Shown here piece by piece: positions 18,979 to 28,661 of a DNA stretch of 64,000 bases. This DNA comes from an uncultured Pseudomonadales bacterium. GTDB lineage: Bacteria; Patescibacteriota; Microgenomatia; UBA1400; PJMF01. Both the position numbers and the translations under genes were made by a program. The notes beneath the pieces were generated by a model. The model searched no databases, was not told where the DNA came from, and was given only the letters and a program-made list of their open reading frames with translations. The stretch spans positions 244,581 to 308,580 of the forward strand of contig CAYMSV010000001.1 of assembly GCA_964393205.1 (NCBI GenBank). Reading direction: 5' to 3'. Positions within the stretch are counted from its first letter, which is position 1, and each line of letters begins with the position of its first letter.

Positions 18979-19714
18979 GAATCTTTTTAATTATTTGTAC
19001 TTTTTTTTAGTTATATTAATAACTTCTCTGTTGTTGGTGCTAGGACTCAGGGTTGGAAAAATTACTTGTCATCATCCAAACTCTAACAATCAAGAGTTGA
19101 CGGCAGTTTGTCAGGAACTAGAGACAGCTTTTCTTGGAAAATCTCTTTTGTTTTATGATTTTGAAGGAGCTTCTATCTGGCAAGAGTTAACACAAAAAGC
19201 CGAGTATCAGGAAATATATCGGCCAGTTTCTTTAAGAAAAACGCCACCTCAAGCACTAGCTCTAAATTTAGATAGTAAAACGCCGGATTATCGCCTCATA
19301 ATAGTTGATGAAAACAGGGAACAGAAAAGTTTTATCTTGAATCAAAATAATCATTTGAAAGAAGACTACCATCAGGCTCAGATTTTTGAAATTTTTTATC
19401 AAGGGGAAGAGCAAATATTAGAAAGAAACGATCGTTATTTGCAACTAACTTTTCATCAGTTTTTTTTAAGTCTGCAAGAAAACATTGATAAATATCAAAT
19501 TCCAGCCAAAAGATTAATTTGGCAAAAAGACAATTTATTGGAATTAGACTTAGGCAAATCTTGGTTGGTAATTTTGGATAAGGAGATTGATCCAGAAGAG
19601 ACAATGCAAAAATTATCCGTAATTTTACTTGATGAGGAGGCTTTATTAGACATTCAGGGTCGGAGCTTTTTGGATATGCGCTTTCGTTTGCCAGTGATTA
19701 GAGATCAGCTTTAA
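18962..19714 (+). CDS. Divergent FtsQ/DivIB-like cell division protein
   Basis: One N-terminal TM helix; C-terminal FLDMRF resembles the FtsQ YIDLR motif; lies between murG and ftsA. Confidence 0.55.
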   Translation: MPIKNKNLFNYLYFFLVILITSLLLVLGLRVGKITCHHPNSNNQELTAVCQELETAFLGKSLLFYDFEGASIWQELTQKAEYQEIYRPVSLRKTPPQALALNLDSKTPDYRLIIVDENREQKSFILNQNNHLKEDYHQAQIFEIFYQGEEQILERNDRYLQLTFHQFFLSLQENIDKYQIPAKRLIWQKDNLLELDLGKSWLVILDKEIDPEETMQKLSVILLDEEALLDIQGRSFLDMRFRLPVIRDQL

Positions 19715-19770
19715 CTGCTTTTTGTTCTCGACAGTAATTGTTAAATTCTGTATGATAAAGATTGATTGAT

Positions 19771-21084
19771 ATGAGTAAAGAAAATATTATTAGCGCTATT
19801 GATTTAGGAACTGATAAGTGTGTAACTTTGATTGCAAAGCTGAATGAGCTAGATCAATTAGAAGTATTGGGTTTTAGTGTCGTTCCCTCTCGAGGTGTTA
19901 GACGCAGCACAATTGTTAATTTAGAAGAGGCCTTAACCACTGTTGGACAAAGTCTAGATGCTGCAGAAAGGATGGCAGGACTGGCTGTCAAAAATGTTGT
20001 TCTGTCTGTTTCTGGGATTTATATTCGTTATAAAAATTCAAAAGGTGTGGTGCCTGTTGCCTCTCCCAATCAAGAAATTTCCTCTTTAGATGTAGAGCGG
20101 GTTGTTGAGGCAGCGCGGGCTATTTCTTTACCAAGTGAGCGAGAGATTATCCATGTTATTCCGAAAGATTTCAAAGTTGACTCTCAAGAAGGAATAAAAG
20201 ATCCGGTAGGGATGATGGGTGTTCGTCTAGAATCAGAAACGCATATTATTACTGGACTATCTACGAGTTTGCGCAATTTTGAGAAATGTATGGGCGATTT
20301 GGGTTTAAATGTTGATGCTTTTGTTTTTAGTGCTTTGTCTGCTAGTGAGACTGCTTTGACAGAAACGGAAAAGGAGCTGGGAGCAGTTTTGGTGGATATT
20401 GGAGCTGGAACCACCAGTATTTGTGCTTTTGTTGAAGGAGTTTTAGAATTTTCAGCCGTAATTCCGGTTGGAGCAAAATATATTACTCAAGATATTGCTT
20501 CAGGTCTGCGTATTTCTTTGGAGGACGCAGAAAAATTGAAACTGTATCTTAGTGGCGATGAAGAATTAAAACTAGTTCCCTTGCCCGGAGAATCTAAAGC
20601 TGAGTTCACTAAACGCAAAAAAAAGTTTGATTTAATTGATCCAGAAAAAGTTGGGATTAATAATCGTGATCCCATTTCACGAAAATTTGTCACAGATGTG
20701 GTGATGGAGCCTAGGATTAAGGAAATCTTTAGTTTAATTTTGGAAGAATTAGCGAAAGCTGGCTTACTAGAAGGCAATCAATTACCAGCGGGCATGGTGG
20801 TAACTGGCGGCGGAGCTCTGACCTATAATTTAGTTGATGTAGCTCGCTACACCACTAAGATGTCAGTGAGATTGGCTAAGCCAAGCAACATTCTTGGTTT
20901 AACAGAAGATATTAAGCAAGTTAATTTTGCCGTAGCACTAGGTTTACTAGCCTATGCAAAACGCCAAGGCAATATTGGGCAGATTAGTCACGGTGACTTT
21001 TCTTTGAAGAAAATTTTACCTGAGGGTTTATTAAACCAGGTCGCAGAAAAAGGTAAAGCTTTGTTTAAGAAAATTTTCCCATGA
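19771..21084 (+). CDS. ftsA: Cell division protein FtsA
   Basis: Motifs IDLGTDK, PVGMMGVRLE, VDIGAGTT and VVTGGGA; C-terminal amphipathic helix. ATG at 19771 (track uses TTG at 19762). Confidence 0.96.
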   Translation: MSKENIISAIDLGTDKCVTLIAKLNELDQLEVLGFSVVPSRGVRRSTIVNLEEALTTVGQSLDAAERMAGLAVKNVVLSVSGIYIRYKNSKGVVPVASPNQEISSLDVERVVEAARAISLPSEREIIHVIPKDFKVDSQEGIKDPVGMMGVRLESETHIITGLSTSLRNFEKCMGDLGLNVDAFVFSALSASETALTETEKELGAVLVDIGAGTTSICAFVEGVLEFSAVIPVGAKYITQDIASGLRISLEDAEKLKLYLSGDEELKLVPLPGESKAEFTKRKKKFDLIDPEKVGINNRDPISRKFVTDVVMEPRIKEIFSLILEELAKAGLLEGNQLPAGMVVTGGGALTYNLVDVARYTTKMSVRLAKPSNILGLTEDIKQVNFAVALGLLAYAKRQGNIGQISHGDFSLKKILPEGLLNQVAEKGKALFKKIFP

Positions 21085-21184
21085 TTAGTTCTAATAAAAG
21101 AGCTGTTTACTAGTTTACTTTTGTGTTAAAATCAGTTAGTTTAATTGTAATAGTTTGATATAAATAATAGCTATATAAGAACCT

Positions 21185-22492
21185 ATGGGACTAGTTAAAC
21201 CTTCAAATACAACCTTTGCAAAAATTAAAGTAATTGGCGTTGGTGGCGGCGGTAACAATGCTATCAACTCCATGATTCTTTCAAAAGAAATTAAGGGCGT
21301 GGAATTTATTGGCATCAATACTGATGCTCAAGCTTTATTAACTGCTAAAGCTGAAACTAAATTACAAATTGGTACCAATTTTACTAGAGGTTTGGGGGCT
21401 GGAGCCGATCCCGAAGTGGGTCGAACTGCTGCTGAAGAAAGCAGAGAAAAAATTAAGGAATTACTTTTTGATACAGATATGGTTTTTATTACAGCTGGTA
21501 TGGGTGGCGGTACTGGTACTGGCGCCTCACCAGTGATCGCGGAAATTGCTAGAGAGGTTGGTGCTTTGACTGTTTCAGTAGTGACCAAGCCTTTTGCCTT
21601 TGAGGGTATACGCAGAATGCAAACTGCTGAAGAAGGCATCGAATATTTATCAGATACAGTTGATACTTTAATTGTTATTCCCAACCAGCGCTTACTAGAA
21701 GTAGTTGATAAAAAAATGACCTTTATTGATGCTTTTCGTCTAGCTGATAATGTATTGGGCCAAGGCGTAAAAGGTATTTCTGATCTCATTACCATAGCTG
21801 GAATGATCAACGTCGACTTTGCCGATGTTAAAACAATCATGACTGATTCTGGAACGGCCTTGATGGGTATTGGTGAGGCTTCTGGAGAAGATCGTGCAGT
21901 TATGGCTGCCAGAATGGCTGTTTCTTCACCACTACTGGAAGTTTCCATATCTGGAGCTAAAGGTATTCTTTATAATGTTACTGGTGGTCCAGATATGACT
22001 ATGACAGAAGTTTCTGATGCCTCTGCAATAATTGCTGATAGTGCCGATACCGATGCCGATATTATTTTTGGAGCTACTATTGACGAAGATATGGGAGCAA
22101 AAATCAAAATTAGCGTTATAGCAACCGGCTTTAGCGATAACTATAGCGGTGTTGGTCCTCGAGCTTTATTTGGAGCTTATGGTCGAGAATCTAAGAGAAA
22201 AATGACTCATACCCCTACTTCGACTGTAACCAGCATAGAAGAAGAGTCCCCAGAGGAAGACAAAATTGATCGAGCTCCAGAGGGATATACTCAACCTCAA
22301 ACTATGGCTGATCGCAAACCAAAAAAAGAGGAAAAAGTTGAAAGTAACAATCCTTTTGTTCGTAGCGCTTTGTTTAATCTAAAAAAAGATTCTAAAAAGA
22401 AGCAAGAAGATAAATCGGACAAAAAAGAGGATGCAGAGAATAGTGATGAATTTAGTGAGTTTGAAGTGCCTGCTTTTTTAAGACAAAAATAA
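21185..22492 (+). CDS. ftsZ: Cell division protein FtsZ
   Basis: Motifs [18 protein letters not shown] and NVDFADV; C-terminal EVPAFLR peptide. Confidence 0.99.
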   Translation: MGLVKPSNTTFAKIKVIGVGGGGNNAINSMILSKEIKGVEFIGINTDAQALLTAKAETKLQIGTNFTRGLGAGADPEVGRTAAEESREKIKELLFDTDMVFITAGMGGGTGTGASPVIAEIAREVGALTVSVVTKPFAFEGIRRMQTAEEGIEYLSDTVDTLIVIPNQRLLEVVDKKMTFIDAFRLADNVLGQGVKGISDLITIAGMINVDFADVKTIMTDSGTALMGIGEASGEDRAVMAARMAVSSPLLEVSISGAKGILYNVTGGPDMTMTEVSDASAIIADSADTDADIIFGATIDEDMGAKIKISVIATGFSDNYSGVGPRALFGAYGRESKRKMTHTPTSTVTSIEEESPEEDKIDRAPEGYTQPQTMADRKPKKEEKVESNNPFVRSALFNLKKDSKKKQEDKSDKKEDAENSDEFSEFEVPAFLRQK

Positions 22493-22549
22493 GCTAAGTG
22501 GCAAAAGTTTTTTACAATTTTGGATTTAAATAAAATAGCATTGATTTTC

Positions 22550-22558
22550 TGCTATAAT
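22550..22558 (+). promoter_or_regulatory. Extended -10 promoter of the ileS leader
   Basis: TGcTATAAT just upstream of the T-box leader. Confidence 0.65.
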
Positions 22559-22574
22559 GTTCTTGTTAATAAAA

Positions 22575-22761
22575 ACCGCTTGAGCTAATAATCAGTTAGC
22601 GAGGTGCTTGAAGAAATTATCCTATTATTAATTAGGATAAAAATAGAACAGGCCGAGTAGACCGCGTAAAAGTCAAAATTGAGGAGCAATAGGGCTGGTA
22701 CCTTTGCTGTAAAGCAAGCCTTATTAAAATCGTTGAAGAACGATTTTAGTGAGGTTTTTTT
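22575..22761 (+). promoter_or_regulatory. T-box riboswitch (Ile, AUC specifier) with transcriptional attenuator upstream of ileS
   Basis: Short Stem I with GA/AG motif and ATC at 22591-22593; Stem II at 22606-22653; IIA/B-like pseudoknot; antiterminator with TGGTACC bulge at 22696-22702; overlapping terminator hairpin plus T-run. Confidence 0.85.
22719..22761 (+). terminator. Attenuator terminator of the ileS T-box
   Basis: CCTTATTAAAATCGTT-gaag-AACGATTTTAGTGAGG (16 bp including G-U pairs) followed by T7. Confidence 0.85.
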
Positions 22762-22777
22762 AAAAATAAAAGGAAAA

Positions 22778-25702
22778 ATGTCTAAAAAAAATATTGACTT
22801 TCGACAAACACCTGATTTGGTTGAATTGGAAAAAGAAATTTTGCAATTTTGGGAAAAAGAAGAAATTTTTGAGCAATCATTAAAAAAAAGAGAAGGAGCA
22901 GAAAACTTTTCTTTTTATGATGGCCCCCCTTTTGCTACTGGTCTACCCCATTACGGCCATTTAATGCAATCGGTTATTAAAGATTTAATACCTCGTTACC
23001 AAACTATGAGAGGTAAATATGTGAGGCGAGTTTGGGGTTGGGATTGTCATGGTTTACCAATTGAGAATTTACTGGAAAAGGAACTAGATTTAGCAGATAA
23101 ACAGGAAATTGAAAAATTTGGAGTTGATGCTTTTAATCAAGCCTGTGAAGCACGAGTTTTAACCTATGCTCAGGATTGGGAAAAAACTATTAGAAGAATT
23201 GGTCGTTTTATAGACATGAAAAACGCTTATAAAACCATGGATAAAGAATACATGGAAAGTGTGTGGTGGGTCTTTAAAGAACTTTACCAAAAGGGTTTAA
23301 TTTATCAGAGTCACAAAGCCATGCATATTTGTCCACGTTGCAGCACGCCCTTGTCTAATTTTGAGGTTACTCAAGGTTATCAAGAAATCAAAGACTTAGC
23401 GGTGACAACTAAATTCAAACTTCTTGGCGAAGCAGAAAACACCTATTTCTTGTCTTGGACGACTACTGCTTGGACTTTGCCAGGCAATATGTTTTTAGCA
23501 GTTAATCCAAAGTTAGACTATGTTCTTCTTGAGTTAAAAGAAAAAAACGAAAAGTATTATTTGGCCAAAAGTCGCGTTGAGGAGGTTTTTGCCGATCAAA
23601 AATACCAAATTTTAAAAACAGTTAAGGGTCAAGAATTAGTCGGTTTGAATTATGAGCCAGTTTTTCCTTACTTTAAGCAATTAAAAGAAGATTCAACCAT
23701 ACCAGATCAAGCTAGAGAAAAAATATTTACAGTACAGGCTGGAGAATTTGTTAATTTAGAAGAAGGTACTGGCATTGTGCATATTGCTCCGGCATTTGGT
23801 GAAGATGATTATCAATTGGGAGAAAGTTTATTAAAGTTTTCACGACTAAGTACTCTGGTGAAAAATAAACTTTTTATTCAACACGTTGACATGAATGGTC
23901 GTTTCACTGCTGAAATAAAAGATTTTGCGGGTTTAGAGGTCAAACCTAAAAATGACCATCAGGCTACAGATGTGGCCATCATTCGCTATCTAGCTAAAGA
24001 AAACTTACTATTTGCTAAAAAGCAATTTAGTCATAGTTATCCTCATTGCTGGCGTTGTGATACACCTCTACTAAATTATGCCACTAGTTCTTGGTTTGTT
24101 GAGGTGACTGCCTTTAAAGATCAATTATTAGAAAACAATCAAGCCGTTAATTGGCAGCCAAATCACATTAAAGATGGTCGATTTGGTAATTGGTTGGCAG
24201 ATGCTAGAGATTGGGCAATTTCACGCAATCGGTTTTGGGGCACTCCTCTGCCTCTTTGGCAAAGTGAAGATGGTGATCTAATTTGTGTGGGCAGCAGTGC
24301 TGAACTAGAAGAATTAACTGGTCAAAAAATCAATAATTTACATAAACAATTCGTTGATGAGTTGGTGATTGAAAAAAATGGTAAAAGCTATAAGCATTTA
24401 CCAGAGGTATTAGATTGTTGGTTTGAATCTGGTTCTATGCCCTATGCTCAATTTAATTATCCACATAGTAATCAGCAATTGTTTTCACAAAATTTCCCAG
24501 CCAACTTTATTTCTGAAGGACAAGATCAGACTCGGGGTTGGTTTTATACTCTCCACGTTCTAGCTACAGCTTTAACCATGAGCAGTGATAAATTTAAGTC
24601 AAGTTTAGACAAGCCGCCTAGCAGTGCTTTTGAAAACGTGATGTGTACTGGTTTGATTATGGCTAGTGATGGTAAAAAAATGAGCAAACGGCTCAAGAAC
24701 TATCCAGAGCCAGAAGCAATTTTAAATAAATATGGCGCGGACAGTTTGCGACTCTATTTAATGTCATCGGCGGTGGTTAAAGCAGAAACACTAAATTTTG
24801 ATGGAAAAGAAGTTAGTGATTTGCGCAGAAGAGTCTTTTTAATCTGGTGGAATGTTTTAGCTTTTTATCAAACTTTTGCCAATAAAGAAGCAGGCTTGTT
24901 AGATTTAAACAAAGAAATTGCTTTAGAAAATGTTTTAGATCGCTGGCTCTTGTCTCGTTTAGCTAATTTACAAAAACAGCTAGTTAAATATTTAGAAAAA
25001 TTTGATGTAATGCGAGCCAGCCGTTTGTTGGCACCTTTTATCAGTGATTTTTCAACCTGGTATTTACGCTTGTCTAGGGATCGTTTAAAAGCTGACGACA
25101 ATCAAGAAAGTAGTCAAGTTTTTGCTAGTGTTTTATATAATTCTGCTCAGCTATTTGCACCAATTGTGCCATTTTTTGCTGAACTCATTCATCAACAGTT
25201 TGTTAATCAGCCAAGCTCAATTCATTTGACCGACTATCCCCAACTTCCTCAATCTTGGATTCAAGATGAATTGGAAGAGCAAATGGAGGAGTTGCGTCAA
25301 CTAGTAGAACTAGGCCACGCTCAGCGAAAACAAGCTCAAGTTTCACTGCGTCAGCCTCTAGCATCAGTAACTTTTAACAAAAAAGCTAGCTTTAGCGATG
25401 ATCAAGAATTACTAGAAATTATAAAACAGGAGTTAAATGTTAAAGAAGTGAACTGGGGTCAGGCAAAAGCAGCAGACTTCGAAGCTGAATTTGATCTTGA
25501 ATTAACAGCAGATCTGGTTGCCGAGGGTGAAGCGCGTAAAGTCATTCGCCGTATTCAAACTTGGCGTAAAGATGCTGGTTTAGATCTTAATCAAGAGGTG
25601 CCAGTTTATTTAAAAACTTGGCCAAACCAATTTACTAAAATGATCGAGGAAAAAACCAACAGTCAACTAATTAGAGCTCAAATTGAAGGTCTTAAAGATT
25701 AG
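22778..25702 (+). CDS. ileS: Isoleucine--tRNA ligase, type 2 (IleRS2)
   Basis: Motifs FYDGPPFATGLPHYGH, GWDCHGLP, SWTTTAWTLPGN, SYPHCWRC, ISRNRFWG, EGQDQTRGW and KMSKR. Start is the ATG at 22778 after an AAGGA RBS; the track start at 22679 lies inside the riboswitch. Confidence 0.97.
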   Translation: MSKKNIDFRQTPDLVELEKEILQFWEKEEIFEQSLKKREGAENFSFYDGPPFATGLPHYGHLMQSVIKDLIPRYQTMRGKYVRRVWGWDCHGLPIENLLEKELDLADKQEIEKFGVDAFNQACEARVLTYAQDWEKTIRRIGRFIDMKNAYKTMDKEYMESVWWVFKELYQKGLIYQSHKAMHICPRCSTPLSNFEVTQGYQEIKDLAVTTKFKLLGEAENTYFLSWTTTAWTLPGNMFLAVNPKLDYVLLELKEKNEKYYLAKSRVEEVFADQKYQILKTVKGQELVGLNYEPVFPYFKQLKEDSTIPDQAREKIFTVQAGEFVNLEEGTGIVHIAPAFGEDDYQLGESLLKFSRLSTLVKNKLFIQHVDMNGRFTAEIKDFAGLEVKPKNDHQATDVAIIRYLAKENLLFAKKQFSHSYPHCWRCDTPLLNYATSSWFVEVTAFKDQLLENNQAVNWQPNHIKDGRFGNWLADARDWAISRNRFWGTPLPLWQSEDGDLICVGSSAELEELTGQKINNLHKQFVDELVIEKNGKSYKHLPEVLDCWFESGSMPYAQFNYPHSNQQLFSQNFPANFISEGQDQTRGWFYTLHVLATALTMSSDKFKSSLDKPPSSAFENVMCTGLIMASDGKKMSKRLKNYPEPEAILNKYGADSLRLYLMSSAVVKAETLNFDGKEVSDLRRRVFLIWWNVLAFYQTFANKEAGLLDLNKEIALENVLDRWLLSRLANLQKQLVKYLEKFDVMRASRLLAPFISDFSTWYLRLSRDRLKADDNQESSQVFASVLYNSAQLFAPIVPFFAELIHQQFVNQPSSIHLTDYPQLPQSWIQDELEEQMEELRQLVELGHAQRKQAQVSLRQPLASVTFNKKASFSDDQELLEIIKQELNVKEVNWGQAKAADFEAEFDLELTADLVAEGEARKVIRRIQTWRKDAGLDLNQEVPVYLKTWPNQFTKMIEEKTNSQLIRAQIEGLKD

Positions 25703-25743
25703 TGACAATTGAAAAATAGTTAACTTTGTTTTAGTCTGAAGGA

Positions 25744-26859
25744 GTGCGAAAATATTTTTTAGCTAGTTTATTGTTTTTATTGATGATCTTAGCTTTGGTT
25801 ACTCTTAAAAGTATTGTTCCTAATTTATTAAATGTTCAATTAATAGCTTATTTAATTGGTTTTCTTTTATTCTTTTTACTTAGTCGAATTTCTTTTGCTT
25901 ATTGGTGGCGACTGAGTCCTTATTTATATTGGGGCTTAAATCTAGTTTTATTGACTCTTTTAATTTGGGGTCAGGCAACCAGAGGAATAGTAGCTTGGAT
26001 TGAATTGCCATTTGGTTTGCGTTTTCAACCATCTCAGTTGGCGGTTCCAATCACAGCCCTATTTTTATCTGCTAGTTTCAAAAATCAAACTCAAAAAAGC
26101 ATCAGTAAAATTTTAACTTGGCCTCAACTCATGAAAATTTTAGGCATAATCTTGCTGCCAGGAATACTAATTAATCTTCAACCAGACTTTGGGACGGCTA
26201 TGGTTTATTTTGCAGCTCTATTGGTTTTTTTGTTTTTTAATCGTTTGGGCTGGCAAAGAATAGTTGGCTTTATTTCTTTGACTGTTTTGACAGCCATTTT
26301 TGCTTGGTTTTTTATCTTAGTCGATTATCAAAAATCTCGATTCACTAGCTTTTTGTTTTTTATTAGTCCAGAAAGAAGTTTAAGCAGTGATTTTCGTCAG
26401 GAAAGCAGTGCAGCTTACAATGCTCGTCAATCAGTGATAGCTATTGGCGCAGGTCAGTTGTGGGGCCAGGGCGTTGGTCAGGGTACTCAATCTCATCTAA
26501 AATTTTTACCAGAAAGACAAACAGATTTTATTTTTGCTTCTTTTGTTGAAGAATGGGGCTTTTTTGGTTCATTATTAATTTTAAGTCTGTATTTTAGTCT
26601 TTTAGCTTTCATTTTATACTTGGTTTATTTTGAAGAAAATCGTGGCAAACAACTTTATGCTCTAAGTATTTTTACTATGTTTTTGGTACAAACTTTTATT
26701 AATATTGGAATGAATTTAGCTCTTTTGCCAATTACCGGTATTACTCTACCCTTTTTATCTTATGGGGGCAGCAGTGTTTTATCCTTATTTTTTAGTTTAG
26801 CGCTTTTGCAAAGTATTATCTTGGAAGGAGAAAAAGCTCCGAGCTCAATCTTTCAATAA
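25744..26859 (+). CDS. rodA: SEDS family rod-shape protein RodA
   Basis: Motifs FQPSQ, QPDFGT, QSVIAIGAG, LPERQTDFIF..EEWG and GITLPFLSYGGS; second SEDS gene, outside the dcw block. Confidence 0.85.
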   Translation: MRKYFLASLLFLLMILALVTLKSIVPNLLNVQLIAYLIGFLLFFLLSRISFAYWWRLSPYLYWGLNLVLLTLLIWGQATRGIVAWIELPFGLRFQPSQLAVPITALFLSASFKNQTQKSISKILTWPQLMKILGIILLPGILINLQPDFGTAMVYFAALLVFLFFNRLGWQRIVGFISLTVLTAIFAWFFILVDYQKSRFTSFLFFISPERSLSSDFRQESSAAYNARQSVIAIGAGQLWGQGVGQGTQSHLKFLPERQTDFIFASFVEEWGFFGSLLILSLYFSLLAFILYLVYFEENRGKQLYALSIFTMFLVQTFINIGMNLALLPITGITLPFLSYGGSSVLSLFFSLALLQSIILEGEKAPSSIFQ

Positions 26860-26889
26860 CTTCAAGATATGTTATAATCACAAATCGTT

Positions 26890-27201
26890 ATGAAATACGC
26901 AATAATTCAATTACAAGGTAAACAATTTCAAGTCAGTGAAGGCGACCAGATTACTGTCGATCGTTTAGATAAAACTGAGGGTGAAAAGTTTGCTGTTACT
27001 GACGTTTTATTATTGGTTGATGAGGATAAGAAAAAAATTGGCCAACCCATTGTTAAAGATGTAAAAGTCAACTGTGAGGTTTTAAGCAACGACAAAGGTA
27101 AAAAAATTCGAGTTGCTAAATATAAGGCCAAATCTCGTTATCGAAAAGTAATGGGTCATCGTCAATTGCAAAGCGTTTTAAAAATTGTCAGTATTGTTTA
27201 G
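26890..27201 (+). CDS. rplU: 50S ribosomal protein L21
   Basis: MKYAIIQLQGKQFQV at the start and KYKAKSRYRKVMGHRQ near the end. Confidence 0.97.
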   Translation: MKYAIIQLQGKQFQVSEGDQITVDRLDKTEGEKFAVTDVLLLVDEDKKKIGQPIVKDVKVNCEVLSNDKGKKIRVAKYKAKSRYRKVMGHRQLQSVLKIVSIV

Positions 27202-27206
27202 GGTCT

Positions 27207-28388
27207 ATGTCCAAATTTTTATTTTTGTTTGGGAACACTCCCCAACTGTCTCATTTGGAGTTTACTACTGTTTATCCAGCACTCAAACTTAATGTTTTTG
27301 CAGGTGGTGAGCTAGCTGGACGCTTAGCTTTAGTTGAAATGGATCAAGAACAACTGGAGAGCAATAATTTTTTTGATAGATTAGGTGGCTTAGTTAAAAT
27401 CTTTCAAGTAGAAAAAATTTTAGATTTTGACAGTGAGCTGAATCAGATCAAGACAGCCATCGTTGATTGTTTACTAGAGAAAAGCCAACAACCTCATTTT
27501 AGTATTTACCAAAAAGGTAAGGGACAAAAGTCAATTAATCATGCTCAGATTAAAGATTTATTAAGACAAAAAGGCCATCGTTCTCGCTATTTTAAAGGTA
27601 CGCTGGATGGCAGTGCTTTTAGTCTTCATCAAGAATCAGCTCAAGAAATATTTCTCTACCATACTGAAGAAGGCATCTTTTTAAGCACCTTGTTGGGAGT
27701 TCAAGACATTGATGATTGGACTAAGAGAGATCGAGCTAAGCCATATTTTAATCGTAAAAAAGGCATGTTGCCTCCAAAAGTAGGCAGAATGCTGGTTAAT
27801 ATTGCTCTAGGACAGTGGCTGGCAGATAATGCTCAACGCTCTATTAGTGAAGCCAAGGTTTTTGATCCTTTTTGTGGGACAGGGACAGTATTAATTGAAG
27901 CTATGGGCTTTGGTTGTCAGGTTTATGGTTCTGACTTAGACGAGCAATCCGTTTGGGGAACTAGAGAAAATCTTCAGTGGTTTGCCGATGAATATCAGGT
28001 GCCCGCTCAAGATTTTAGCAAACAAATTTTTATCAGTGACGTTGGTCAGCTTTCAGCAGATCAATTAGGCAATAATAAAATGGATTTGTTAATTACTGAG
28101 CCTTTTTTGGGTAGACAAACACCTAAAGATGCAGAACTAGCAAATATTTTTAAAGGTTTGGAAAAAATGTATTTAGGAGCTTTTAATAGTTTTAGCAAGA
28201 TTCTCAACCCAGGCGCAAAAGTGGTTATGATTTTTCCCAAAGTTGTGGGTAAAAAAAGAGTCTATGCTCTCGATCATTTAATTGACAAATTGGCCGCAAA
28301 AGGCTACAATCCTTTCGTTTCACCTCTGCTTTATGCAAGAACTGGAGCGAGGGTGCAGCGAGAAGTTTATTTTTTTACTTTTAATTAA
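27207..28388 (+). CDS. Trm11/TrmG10-like (UPF0020) SAM-dependent RNA methyltransferase
   Basis: Motifs GMLPPKVGRMLVN, VFDPFCGTGTVLIEA, GSD and ITEPFLG (DPPYG-like). Confidence 0.75.
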   Translation: MSKFLFLFGNTPQLSHLEFTTVYPALKLNVFAGGELAGRLALVEMDQEQLESNNFFDRLGGLVKIFQVEKILDFDSELNQIKTAIVDCLLEKSQQPHFSIYQKGKGQKSINHAQIKDLLRQKGHRSRYFKGTLDGSAFSLHQESAQEIFLYHTEEGIFLSTLLGVQDIDDWTKRDRAKPYFNRKKGMLPPKVGRMLVNIALGQWLADNAQRSISEAKVFDPFCGTGTVLIEAMGFGCQVYGSDLDEQSVWGTRENLQWFADEYQVPAQDFSKQIFISDVGQLSADQLGNNKMDLLITEPFLGRQTPKDAELANIFKGLEKMYLGAFNSFSKILNPGAKVVMIFPKVVGKKRVYALDHLIDKLAAKGYNPFVSPLLYARTGARVQREVYFFTFN

Positions 28389-28400
28389 AACAAAGGACAT

Positions 28401-28661
28401 ATGGCACACGTTAAAGGTTCAGGTAGCGTTACCCAACATTCACAAGGCGCAAGACATGGGCGACGTTTTGGTTTGAAAAAATTTGGTGGAGAGAGCATTA
28501 AAGTTGGTCAGATTATTCTGCGACAAAAAGGGGCCAAGTATAAGGCCGGTCAAGGAACAAAGATGGGTAAAGACTATACGGTTTTTGCCATGATTGACGG
28601 AATCGTAGATTTTACCAAACGTTGGGGCAAAACAGTGGTTAGAGTTTTGGATAAAAACTAA
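28401..28661 (+). CDS. rpmA: 50S ribosomal protein L27
   Basis: Motifs MAHVKGSGS, GLKKFGGE, GQIILRQKG and GKDYTVFA. Confidence 0.97.
   Translation: MAHVKGSGSVTQHSQGARHGRRFGLKKFGGESIKVGQIILRQKGAKYKAGQGTKMGKDYTVFAMIDGIVDFTKRWGKTVVRVLDKN

Noticed and set aside
21328-21948. 206-aa antisense ORF inside ftsZ
   Set aside because: Shadow ORF opposite a highly conserved gene; its Ser/Pro/Ala-rich sequence mirrors ftsZ codons and has no motifs.
22679-22777. 33-codon N-terminal extension of IleRS in the ORF track (TTG start)
   Set aside because: It overlaps the T-box antiterminator and terminator; the ATG at 22778 has a proper RBS.
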